DNA of 35,306 bases, from positions 1-35,306 of the IMG/VR virus record IMGVR_UViG_2541046997_000001; one strand, 5' to 3'. Below the pieces are notes generated by a model that saw only the letters and a list, made by a program, of their open reading frames with translations, made no database searches and had not been told where the DNA came from. Shown here one piece after another: positions 10,374 through 20,132 of this stretch; the first letter of the stretch is position 1, and each line of letters opens with the position of its first letter. A program made the translations under genes and the position numbers. Source of the DNA: a virus (taxonomy: Duplodnaviria > Heunggongvirae > Uroviricota > Caudoviricetes).

Positions 10374-13300
10374 TTAAAATGTAGCTTCTGTAATAAGCTT
10401 TCCGTCATCATTAAAAAAGGAACAAGTAAAACTTGCTCCGCCCAGTACATCGTCTGATGTAATATGTAAATTTTTTATTCCATTTGTATGTGCTGCATTC
10501 CAATAGTGATCTCCATCAGAATCAGCTGATTGCCTTGTCCAAACAAAATGTGTTTCATCATACATATCTGTGATGTCACTTTGACCAAGATAAAGTGACG
10601 GTATGAGAGTAGTGTTGATCATCCCTGGTCTAAAAATGGTTCCGTTAGATGAAAAAATATTCATTGTATAAGGTGTAGAAGTTTTAATTCCATCAATTTG
10701 TGTTTGCATATCCGACATGCTATTTTCAATTGTTGTAAAAGATGCATTAATACCTTGTCCGTTTACAATTACATCTGATACATGTATCTTCCCATCCGCA
10801 TCCTGTTCTACTGCCTGAAATGATAATTTTTCTTTGGAAATAGTATTATTCGCAATCATATCGTTTTTAATAAGCCCATCACTAATCGCAGAATCTTTAA
10901 TTCCAGCAGAATCAATAAGAACTCCCTTTCCGGTTTCATCATATAAACAGAAAGTGAAATTATTATTTGTATCTCTACCTATTTGAATGCGTACTACACC
11001 ATTTTGATCTTTAAATTGCATTGTATTTCCTGCAATAGTCATTCCACCATCTTCAGATTCAATATTAAATTTATCTGCATTAATCGTTCCGGCTTTTAGC
11101 ATTGATACTGTGATTTGTGACGCAATCAACTGACGAATTACTGCTTCGTCAATAATTACATTATCTGCAGTCAATTTGATAATATGACCAAGTTCTGCGG
11201 ATACATTGCCTGCCAACAAGTCATCAATATTACCAACTTTGGCTTGAAGTTTTTTAAAATCTCCAGACTCCGCAACAATTTTTCCAACAGAAATTAATTC
11301 CGCCTGTAAATATTGGAAGAAACCATTTTCGGCATGAATATCAATACATTTAATCATTTCAGCTTCAAGAGTACCTGGTGTGATATAGTTGCCGCCTGTA
11401 CCCCCGATGATGCTTCCTCCGGATCCGTTTACAATATTTTGAACTTTATTATTAAAAGCAGAAGATTGAAGTAATTTATTTAAAATTTCATATATATTAT
11501 CATCTGATAGTTGAAGATTACCGGAAACATTATTTCGTGAACTCTCTCCGCCAAGATTAGAACTTGACCCAAGGATTTGCATAAAATCATCTCTATTTGA
11601 TGTAGATTTAATCATGTTTGAAAAAGAAAGAGAAAAATTATTATCAAAGAGAAAAGGATTATAGGAAATAGACATGACTCGTAATTTAACATAATAATCA
11701 TCTCTTAATCCAAGCCAAATGAAGCTTCCATAATCAAGAGTTTCTGCATGTAATTCCATACCGCTTGCGGAAATAAGATTGTCTAAAGATGTCGAATAAA
11801 TTGTTTGTGGAATGGAATATGTCTGTAATTCTTCAAGTGCCACACGACATAATTCACTTTGCGTTGTTACAATATCCGTCAACGAATCTTGATTGGTTGT
11901 GAAAATATTTTCATTTGTATAAGGGGTTTGCTTTGTGATGTGATATAGTTCTGACAGTTCTTCTTTTGAGAAGCCACCTAATGTGTCATCCGACCATGTT
12001 TCAAGTGACATTTTTTGTGATAATGCAGTCCTTTTTTTAGAAATTTCTTTTTGTTTTTCTTCTTCTTTTTTTACTTCATCTCTTCGTGCTTTGAGAGCGG
12101 CAGCACAGGAATCTTTGTTGTTCTCGTCCATTTGATAAGCATTTTTTTCATAAATATTATGTTTATCTTTGAATCCATCTTCTGTCAATGCAGGATATTT
12201 TTCGGGATCTTGTTTTGATAATTCCTGATAACGTTCCCATGTTAAATCGTAGTGACTTTTAGCGAGCAATTTAGCTTGGTCTTGATAGGATTTTAATTTT
12301 ATCTCCAACTCATTGATTCCATAGTATTTCCAATTTGTAAGATATTCTTCGATAAAATCTTTTTCACCTTCAGATGTCGGCAATTTTCTGTTGTCTATTT
12401 CTATTTGAATATTTGGGAGAATGGTATCAACGATTTGATGGTAGATATTTGCGTCCGGAGATGCATTAAGAGCATTTATATCAAAATTTCCTTCTTCATC
12501 AACGTAGAGTTTTTCATACCCTAATTTCTGTGCTTCATAGTCTTTTTTCAAAGTAAGCAATTCTGTATCCGAAAGTTTATCCCATTTATCTGGGTCGCAA
12601 TCACCAGTTGGTATACGAATGTACAATTCAGAAATTTTATCTTGTTGAATATTCCATTCTTTAGATAGAGCGGTATAATCAATTCGTGCCTGTACACAAA
12701 ATGTTTCCCATTTCTTGTATTTTTCAATTGTGGGATCACTTAAAAATTTATTATTCAACCAAAATTTATCTAATTTAAATAAATAATTGCTTCCACCATT
12801 ACATTGTTCAATCCCTAAATCATTTGCGCCAGAAACACGAATTTTCGTAAAGATATTTTCTTCATCTATTGTGACTTCATTTGAGTTTTCCACATTGCGA
12901 AATCCAATCGTGATGTTCGTATTTTTACCAAAATTTTCAACACGATAGAAATTAACAATAAGATTTTCATAATCAAATTCTACGATGCAATTAAAAAATT
13001 TCTCAAATTCTTGAGTGAGAAAACTGTACACATCTGAATAGTCAAGATCAAATTTTCCTATTTCATCTTTTAGATAAATAGATTTCGTAATAACTTCACC
13101 ATTTTCAATTGTCTTGTATTCTTTAGGAATATTATCGACATAACCAACTTTCCAACCGGGAACTTTTTCAACTAGAATATTAACTAAACTTAGCTGGTGA
13201 TTTTTTTCATTGTAAAACTTTATTTGCTCTTTTGCGAATTCAACGCCTTCGATTTCTTCTACGTTGCCGTCTACCAACATTTCAAGTGAGTCAGTTGTAC

Positions 13301-13679
13301 CGCAATTTACTTTCCAACCATCAAGAGGAATCTGTGCATATTCGCTTTGAACAGATTGAGCAGTGACTGTTTTGTATTCTTTTGTACCTGTTCCATGAGT
13401 TGTCGGGCTATCCATAATAAACCATCCAATTCCGGTTACATATAATTTCATAAATTTCGACAGCCAATTATATGCATTTGATTCTACAAGTTGTCCAGTA
13501 TAAGTTTCAACATACTGATTTACATCAAAAGATATTGTTGAAACATCATTACATTTTCCCTCGAAGTTCCCGGAAGAATAGTCGATACCATTTAGAGCAC
13601 ATAAAATGATTCTGCTAGGTGTAGCGAGATAAACAATAGTCTGTTCACGATTGCCATATGTATCATATTTAAATTGCAA
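10374..13679 (-). CDS. Tal-like tail hub / spike protein
   Basis: 1101-aa ORF with a TTG start and AAGGAG RBS, directly after Dit. N-terminal hub-like region; C-terminal 'GNTMQFKDQNGVVRIQIGRD' beta-rich region. Confidence 0.7.
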   Translation of the reverse strand: MQFKYDTYGNREQTIVYLATPSRIILCALNGIDYSSGNFEGKCNDVSTISFDVNQYVETYTGQLVESNAYNWLSKFMKLYVTGIGWFIMDSPTTHGTGTKEYKTVTAQSVQSEYAQIPLDGWKVNCGTTDSLEMLVDGNVEEIEGVEFAKEQIKFYNEKNHQLSLVNILVEKVPGWKVGYVDNIPKEYKTIENGEVITKSIYLKDEIGKFDLDYSDVYSFLTQEFEKFFNCIVEFDYENLIVNFYRVENFGKNTNITIGFRNVENSNEVTIDEENIFTKIRVSGANDLGIEQCNGGSNYLFKLDKFWLNNKFLSDPTIEKYKKWETFCVQARIDYTALSKEWNIQQDKISELYIRIPTGDCDPDKWDKLSDTELLTLKKDYEAQKLGYEKLYVDEEGNFDINALNASPDANIYHQIVDTILPNIQIEIDNRKLPTSEGEKDFIEEYLTNWKYYGINELEIKLKSYQDQAKLLAKSHYDLTWERYQELSKQDPEKYPALTEDGFKDKHNIYEKNAYQMDENNKDSCAAALKARRDEVKKEEEKQKEISKKRTALSQKMSLETWSDDTLGGFSKEELSELYHITKQTPYTNENIFTTNQDSLTDIVTTQSELCRVALEELQTYSIPQTIYSTSLDNLISASGMELHAETLDYGSFIWLGLRDDYYVKLRVMSISYNPFLFDNNFSLSFSNMIKSTSNRDDFMQILGSSSNLGGESSRNNVSGNLQLSDDNIYEILNKLLQSSAFNNKVQNIVNGSGGSIIGGTGGNYITPGTLEAEMIKCIDIHAENGFFQYLQAELISVGKIVAESGDFKKLQAKVGNIDDLLAGNVSAELGHIIKLTADNVIIDEAVIRQLIASQITVSMLKAGTINADKFNIESEDGGMTIAGNTMQFKDQNGVVRIQIGRDTNNNFTFCLYDETGKGVLIDSAGIKDSAISDGLIKNDMIANNTISKEKLSFQAVEQDADGKIHVSDVIVNGQGINASFTTIENSMSDMQTQIDGIKTSTPYTMNIFSSNGTIFRPGMINTTLIPSLYLGQSDITDMYDETHFVWTRQSADSDGDHYWNAAHTNGIKNLHITSDDVLGGASFTCSFFNDDGKLITEATF

Positions 13680-14753
13680 TTAAATCAATGCTCCTTTCCG
13701 TGATTCAAGATATGTAATATCCAATGTCATATTTCCATAAACTCGAAACGTATTATGTCCATGCAGCAATCGAATCCAATAAATATTGTCTTCATGTTCT
13801 ATACCTACTCGCTCAAATACAACTGGTCTATTTAATTCATCATATAATGAAAGATTTCCACAATCTAATTTCAAATCTAAATCACGCTGTACTTTACAAT
13901 AGAAAAATCCGCCTTGAAAAATATAATACTGACCATTTTCTATATAATAAGCACCATACTTATTTTTGACTCCAAAGGCATCTGTTAAATAGAATAAGAT
14001 TGCTGTATCATTGCATATAGACATAACCTGTTTGTCTTTCCCGTAAACATAGTCTAAAGAACAGCGATTATTTTTTGCATAATTTTCAATTTTTGTTTTT
14101 AATAATTCTAGGGTTAATTTATTAGAAGATTGAAGTGATATGTTTCCTGTTTCAAGAATTTTGCTATCAGATAGATTATGAAAATAGATTTGTTCTGTTG
14201 CGGCAGGGTGGATATTAATAATAGGGTAAACATATCCATATTTTTCACTACTTGTATTTTCTAACATAAAATTTTTGCTTCTTGTGATGATTTGCTGATC
14301 AGTTTTTTCAACAAAAGAAAATGGGGAATTACATTTAAATTCACATCTAAGACCATAACATATTCCCCAGTTTTCATATGGTGTAATAGAAGAGAAGTAG
14401 CCTTTCAATTTTACAGTTTCGTCCCCTTGTGTAGTCACTGTAATCCATGAATTTTTGTTAGAAGAACTGAGCCATGAAACTATGATTTCATATTCCTCTG
14501 GAGTGAATTCTAACTCTTCCTGCGAAGTATTTATTTCATAATTTTTTGTAATATGAATTTCAAATGTAAGCGTTTCTGTATATTTCATGCCGAACCCGGT
14601 AGTTTCATTTCGAAATGGATTAAGCTCACTTACTTCCATTTCCCTCTTGATGGAAGATGGGAGAGAAGTGTCATCATCAAAATTTACAGATGATAAATTC
14701 TGTTTTAATAACGAATTATCGTCATAAGAAAAATCTTTACATACTAAAATCAT
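13680..14753 (-). CDS. Distal tail protein (Dit)-like
   Basis: First structural gene after TMP. Start MILVCKDF at 14753 after GAGGTG. Dit-like motifs 'EFKCNSPFSF' and 'WIRLLHGHNTFRV'. Confidence 0.7.
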   Translation of the reverse strand: MILVCKDFSYDDNSLLKQNLSSVNFDDDTSLPSSIKREMEVSELNPFRNETTGFGMKYTETLTFEIHITKNYEINTSQEELEFTPEEYEIIVSWLSSSNKNSWITVTTQGDETVKLKGYFSSITPYENWGICYGLRCEFKCNSPFSFVEKTDQQIITRSKNFMLENTSSEKYGYVYPIINIHPAATEQIYFHNLSDSKILETGNISLQSSNKLTLELLKTKIENYAKNNRCSLDYVYGKDKQVMSICNDTAILFYLTDAFGVKNKYGAYYIENGQYYIFQGGFFYCKVQRDLDLKLDCGNLSLYDELNRPVVFERVGIEHEDNIYWIRLLHGHNTFRVYGNMTLDITYLESRKGALI

Positions 14754-14794
14754 TTTTTCTTTCACCTCAACTTTCTTTGGGTTTTTGGATATAA

Positions 14795-14826
14795 TAAAAG
14801 AGCCAAGGCACATGACCTCGACTCTA
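14795..14826 (-). terminator. Intrinsic terminator just upstream of the Dit gene
   Basis: Minus-strand RNA reads AGAGUCGAGG-ucaugug-CCUUGGCUCU-UUUAUU. Confidence 0.6.
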
Positions 14827-14851
14827 TTAATCTTATATTTTTAAATATAAA

Positions 14852-14880
14852 TTGACAAAATGTAGTTTAATTGATATATT
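14852..14880 (+). promoter_or_regulatory. SigA-type promoter of moron 1
   Basis: TTGACA-17 nt-TATATT with TG at the extended -10 position. Confidence 0.75.
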
Positions 14881-14990
14881 ATGAATTGGCATTATCTAAT
14901 ACGGTAAGGACGGTTGTCTTCCACCAGAGAGCACAAGCTCTGTTCTTATAGAAACCTGTTTAGGAATCTTATGGAAAGGAGGACTTTTAC

Positions 14991-15137
14991 ATGGATTTAG
15001 CATTACAAGATTTATACTATATAGTGGGAATTTTTAGTTTGTCTATAAATATATCATATACGGTATATAAATTTGTAAAAGATAAAAGACATGAAAAAAG
15101 TAACTGTCCTCAGCCTGAGAAACTGAACAGTTACTAA
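14991..15137 (+). CDS. Small membrane peptide (48 aa), type I toxin-like
   Basis: MDLALQDLYYIVGIFSLSINISYTVYKFVKDKRHEKSNCPQPEKLNSY; not in the ORF track. AGGAGG RBS. The 5' leader pairs with the 3' trailer, and an antisense terminator overlaps the 3' end. Confidence 0.65.
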   Translation: MDLALQDLYYIVGIFSLSINISYTVYKFVKDKRHEKSNCPQPEKLNSY

Positions 15138-15605
15138 TTTCGTGTAACACATAGATTTCAGGGCAACCGTCATTGCTAACGATAATGCCATTTTATGTAC
15201 ATAAAAGTACACTAATTACAATATATAGTATTAATCGTTTTCACGATTCTAAATTCTGTAACCGCCATGAGTAAGCGGCTATTTATGCGTTAATAAAATT
15301 TTCATTTATTAGCCTTAAATGTCCAATAAAAGGCTCAACCGTCTATAGGATTCTGTTCTTTCCAACTAAACAAATTATATGATTAATCATTAAATGATTT
15401 ACTTCTTTTACTTACGATTATATTAGATTATTTTCTAATTGTAAATACATAGGCACTAAAAAGATGAAATAAAAAGTTATATTTGTATAAAATGCTATTT
15501 CTTCTTTTTAATGTCTATTTTTTTTGTTATATATTTTATGCAAATTTATTTATGGTTATGCTGACAGCCAGATTCGAATCAATCATTCTCTGACTGTCAG
15601 TAGTA

Positions 15606-17007
15606 TTACAGTTTCTTATGCATTCCTAATCTATGTGCTTCCTGTGTAAAATATTTTGTTACCTCTTGAATAACTTTTTTAATGCCTGGATATGTATCTT
15701 TATCAATACTTCCTTCGACATTAATTAAGTTATCATAGTGCTGATTAATAGTAGTTCCTTTGCCAGTATCTTCTCTGACATTTCTTCGGAGAGATGCTTC
15801 CATAATCGCATTTTTATTTTCAGCAAGACTAAAGAGATTGTCTGTTAGCTTCTTAGGAACAATAGCATCACCATATTCAAATGTTGCATAATTGTCACTT
15901 CCACGCTTTATCCTAAGTTCTTTACCAACTTCATCAATTCTTGCAAGTTCAATTGCATTTGTGATTTTCTTCGTTCCTTTAGCATAACCACTAATCTGAT
16001 CTTGTCTTACCCAACCAAGGTCACTGTAAAATCCAGGAGTTGATTGAGTACCTAGATGGATAGGGTATGGACTGTTTGGATTCATATATGTGATATATAA
16101 TTCCTCACCAAGATGTTGATTTCCAACCGGGTTTGTTCCGTATGAGTCATTGAAATACATTCCACTATTGAATCTAACTTTATCACCGACTCTTGGAATA
16201 CCATCTCCTCCACCAGTATTATTTTGCTGAGGCGGTTGTGGTTTAGGTGGTTCTGGTTTCTTTGTGACTGTAACTCCGACTGATACGCTTAATCCACTTC
16301 CATCAGTAGTAGATGCTGTTACTTGAGCAGCTCCTGGTTTGATAGCACGGATTGTTCCGCCACTAACAGTAGCAACTCGTGTATTAGAAGATTTCCAAGA
16401 AAGCTTTTTATTTTTTGCATCAGTAGGTCGTATACTTGCAGTAATAGAAGTAGACTGACCTTCTTCTAACGATACTGACGATTTATTAAGTTTCAATTCG
16501 GCAACAGGTCGATTGGATGTATTCGGAGCCTGTCCAATAATTCCTTCGATTCTATCATTGTTACTTTGTGCTGATCCACTTTGGATAGCGCCAGTGTTTA
16601 CATTTGTAAAATCATTTGGTTTATAATTAGGGGCAGTAGTAATACTTCCGTGTACTTGATTTTGTGCACCTCCCGCTGTTCCAAGGTTTCCAATGTTAGA
16701 ATTAAAATCACCACTTGGTTTAAATCCTGTGCCGGCAATAATACTTTGAATTTTGTCATAGGCTTGCTGATAATTATTAACAACATTTCCCAACATCTGA
16801 GAAATAACTTGTTCTTGTTTTTCGGCATTGTATGTGACTTCATTTAAAGTATCTTCAAGCGACTGATTTAAGTCCTCAGAAAGTCCTTCATATCCGTCTT
16901 TTCTAACTTCATACTCATGATCTTTCTGTGTCTGTTGCAATTGATCCTGAGCCTCTGCTAATTGAGCTTCTAATCTCTTTTTCTCTGCTTTTGCTGCTTC
17001 ATTATTT
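15606..17007 (-). CDS. Tape measure protein, exon 4 (C-terminal), with an Ig-like (Big_2) domain, Pro-rich linker and SH3-like segment
   Basis: The frame stays open upstream of the ORF call to 17007. Splicing gives ...AALDGV|NNEAAKAEKKRLEAQ. Big_2 motif 'LKLNKSSVSLEEGQS..LSWKSSNTRVATV'. Confidence 0.85.
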
Positions 17008-17146
17008 CATTACCTTCACATAGTTCGCTACACTATGCAGTTCTTTTATGAACTTCTCTGGGATTTCCCCAGAAGTTGAGACTATACCTTCTATCTAATT
17101 CTCTCACACAAAAATAGAGCAGATAATATTACCATCCGCCCTACAT

Positions 17147-17695
17147 TTAATCTGTTAATTCTAATACATATAATTCGCATTTTTCATTATAAGAATCACC
17201 GACAGCCTTTTGTGTTTCGTCATTCGCTTTTTTAAATCCTAATGAATTATAGAATCGTATTCCTTGTTCATTGTCTGATTCTACAAATACAATTATGCCA
17301 TATATTGCAATAATCTTACTAACTTCTTTTATTTTAGGTATGATATAGTCATAAAATAAAACCTTACCTAAACCATTCCCTTGAAAATCAAAATCTACAG
17401 CAATTCTGGCAATTTCCACAACGGGTAGTGCCATATACTCATTTGTATATACATCAAACGTATGAATTGCATTGGCTTTGATTGTATAAAAGGCAAGTAT
17501 ACATGTTTTTTCATTATCCATTAAGATATATGTGTGACCTTGTTTCTCCTCGGAATAATCAAATGCATCATCTGATAAAAAAGTATTTAAAGGATTATCT
17601 GCGCCACAGCAAAAATCACCCACTAACATAAAGTGTTTTAATGATTCTTTATCTAAAAATTCCTCTTTATACTGTAAAAGTTCCGTATTACCCAT
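17147..17695 (-). CDS. GNAT-family acetyltransferase, putative toxin, inside intron C
   Basis: Motifs 'FCCG..PLNTFL' and 'LPVVEIARIAVDFDFQGNGLGKVL..GIRFYNSLGF'. The ATG at 17695 overlaps the end of the upstream small ORF. Confidence 0.85.
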   Translation of the reverse strand: MGNTELLQYKEEFLDKESLKHFMLVGDFCCGADNPLNTFLSDDAFDYSEEKQGHTYILMDNEKTCILAFYTIKANAIHTFDVYTNEYMALPVVEIARIAVDFDFQGNGLGKVLFYDYIIPKIKEVSKIIAIYGIIVFVESDNEQGIRFYNSLGFKKANDETQKAVGDSYNEKCELYVLELTD

Positions 17696-17891
17696 TACGT
17701 TTTCCTTTAAGTATTTCGGAAATTTTAGTATTAGTTTTTTTTCGTTGTTCATCTGTAAATGGCTTCAACTTACTACTTTTAAAATCTTGAATAATTTTTG
17801 TAGCAGCATCACCTTTTAATAATGGTACAACCGCCATTGAAACTGCCATATGCTTTGCCTCCTCTTTTGTATCAGGTCGATTATCGTTCAT
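17688..17891 (-). CDS. Small protein coupled to the GNAT, putative antitoxin
   Basis: 67 aa with GGAGG RBS; a second possible start at MAVSMAVV. Overlaps the GNAT start. Confidence 0.65.
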   Translation of the reverse strand: MNDNRPDTKEEAKHMAVSMAVVPLLKGDAATKIIQDFKSSKLKPFTDEQRKKTNTKISEILKGKRNG

Positions 17892-18336
17892 TTTATAATT
17901 CCTCCAATAAAAGAATTATAAAATATCTAACCTTATAAATAAGTCGAATCAAAATAGTTTCTATATTTATATTACAATATAATAAGAGAGTTTACAATAT
18001 TATGCAATACTAAAATTAATTTTTAAATTAGATAGTCTATATTTTTCGAGTTACCAATCGCTTGTAACCCTATGCCTACATATTATAATATATAGGACTT
18101 ACCAGTCGTTGAGCGTCTTCCATATCATAATTATATATGACTTAGGATGTTCGTTGCGTCTGGGTGACTTGCACACCCGGTTATCCCTAACCTATCTGTT
18201 TTTTATGGTTTCTATCCGTAGACTGTTGAGTTATAAACTCGCACCGCATTCACGTTTACCGTTTCCAGTTCCGTTGTAGCAAGATAGGGTTGTGGGGACT
18301 TTCCCGCTATTAAATAGAAGTCGCGCAAATAACTTC

Positions 18337-20132
18337 ACGCCATCTAAAGCAGCAATTTGTGCTTTTAACACATTAATGTCTTTTGTCTGTTTCTTAAGAT
18401 TACGAGAATAATCATCGTTCTTTTTTTTGATATCAAGCAGTTTGTCATACTTTTCGATTGATTTCTGAACCATATCATTTTCTGCTTCTAACTGCTTACG
18501 ATATAAGTCAACAATTTCATTCTTGTAATCTTCAACAACACCAACAGAATCCCTAATAGAATCTAGGAAATCCTTTTGTTGTTCTTTATATTCACTTGTT
18601 GAAATGTTTCCGTTCTTTAAATCTTCATCAAGTTTCTTTAATGCCTCATTGTAGTTTTTGATCTGCTGTTTTGCAGCATTCATACCTTGAGATATAAGTG
18701 CGAGATTAGTAATGCCTTCAATGGTTAATCCGCCACTTTGTCCAACAAATGCATCTGAATGAAGCATACTTCTAAAATCATCGGTTTCTGTGATCAAGTC
18801 TTTTAAGGCTTCTTGTCCTTCAAAGAATGGTTCCCATCTGACTTCCCAGATTTTATTTTTGAGTTCTTCAATATTTTCACTTGCATTGTAAATCTCATCG
18901 TCAAGTTTAGCAATTTCATCTGCAATTTCCTGATACCGCTTAGAACCAACATCATACAATCCTTGTTCTTTTACCAGTTCTTGTCTTTTGTTAAAGTTTG
19001 CCTGAATTAAAGCATTGGCATTGTCAAGTTGTTTCTTGAGATCAGCTTCACTGACTTTATCTCCTTTGGCTTCTGTGAGACTTGTTCCATTTTCTAATCT
19101 CTGTGCAGTACGATCAAGCATATCAATGGTATGTTGTAATCGTGTAAGCTTCAGATTTCGTAATTCGTCTTCAAGTTCCACTAAACCGATTTGTGCATCA
19201 ATAGCAGATTCTTTCAACTCATTAAGTTTTGCCTGTGCTTCATACCATTCCTTAGATCCTTGGGACATGTATCCTTGCGACATAAGTTTAGATATTTCTG
19301 CTTCGTAATCCTTAATTTGCTGTTGTGTACTTTCTGCCAATTCTTGCTGATTTTTAATTGACTCCTTAATAGAAGATTCCTGTTCTTTACCATAAGCAGA
19401 ATGACCAAGTTCTTCCCAAAGTTCACGCTGTTTCTCAAGATAGCCGTTGGCTGTATCTTGCTGATTATTCATCATTTCCCAATATTCTTCAACATTGTCA
19501 AGAGCCTGTTGAACTAATTCATCCTGTTTTTCAAGGAGTTCATCGTACTGGGAATTACAGTCTTCCAATTTATCATAGTAATCTTGATAAATTTGAATCA
19601 GTTTTTTCGTTTCTTCGTCATATCCAGAAATATCAAATGAGCCATTTTTGATTTGATTATAGATCAGTGGATCAAGTCCCATCTGAGATTCTAAACCTGT
19701 AAGATGATCACGATATTTATTGATAGCAGTTGCAGTATTAGAAAGATATTCTTGATTCTTTGCTAAAGCTTCGTACATCTTAATCTGTTTGTCTGGAAGT
19801 TTAGCAATACGTTCCATTTGACTCATCAGATGGTCAAACTGGCGTTCCATTGCCTTAAATACACGTTCAATCCAGTCAATCTGATCAGAAAGTGATTCGG
19901 ATAATTTTTCAGCCGCTTCGGATGTATCTGTTGCTGCTTTTGAAAGATTATCTGCAGCATTGTTTACAGAAGAAGAGGTGTTGTTATATGATCCTCCTCC
20001 TGACAAATTTCCACTACCAGTATTACCTGTTGTCCAGCTTCCAGAAGAAAATGCAGTTCCATTGGAAAGAGCATGTCCCCGACCTCCGCCAGATGTTACC
20101 TTTCCATTTGCAAATAATTCCGCTGTTTGTTT
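18337..20132 (-). CDS. Tape measure protein, exon 3
   Basis: Open frame from 20132 (KQTAELFANG...) through the helical 'DWIERVFKAMERQ' region to AALDG. Confidence 0.88.

Larger units (their letters stand above)
17008..18336 (-). ncRNA. Group I intron C (1329 nt) in TMP, with a two-gene cargo in the P8 loop
   Basis: P1 GCGU/GCGC with U.G at the 5' splice site. The IGS UUAUUU pairs the 3' exon AAAUAA. P element AAUAGCGGGAAA, R element CUCAACGACUG, S element AAGGUAUAGUC. P8 CUAUCUAAUU/AAUUAGAUAG. Terminal G at 17008. Splicing restores the frame (GT+A=Val). Confidence 0.9.
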
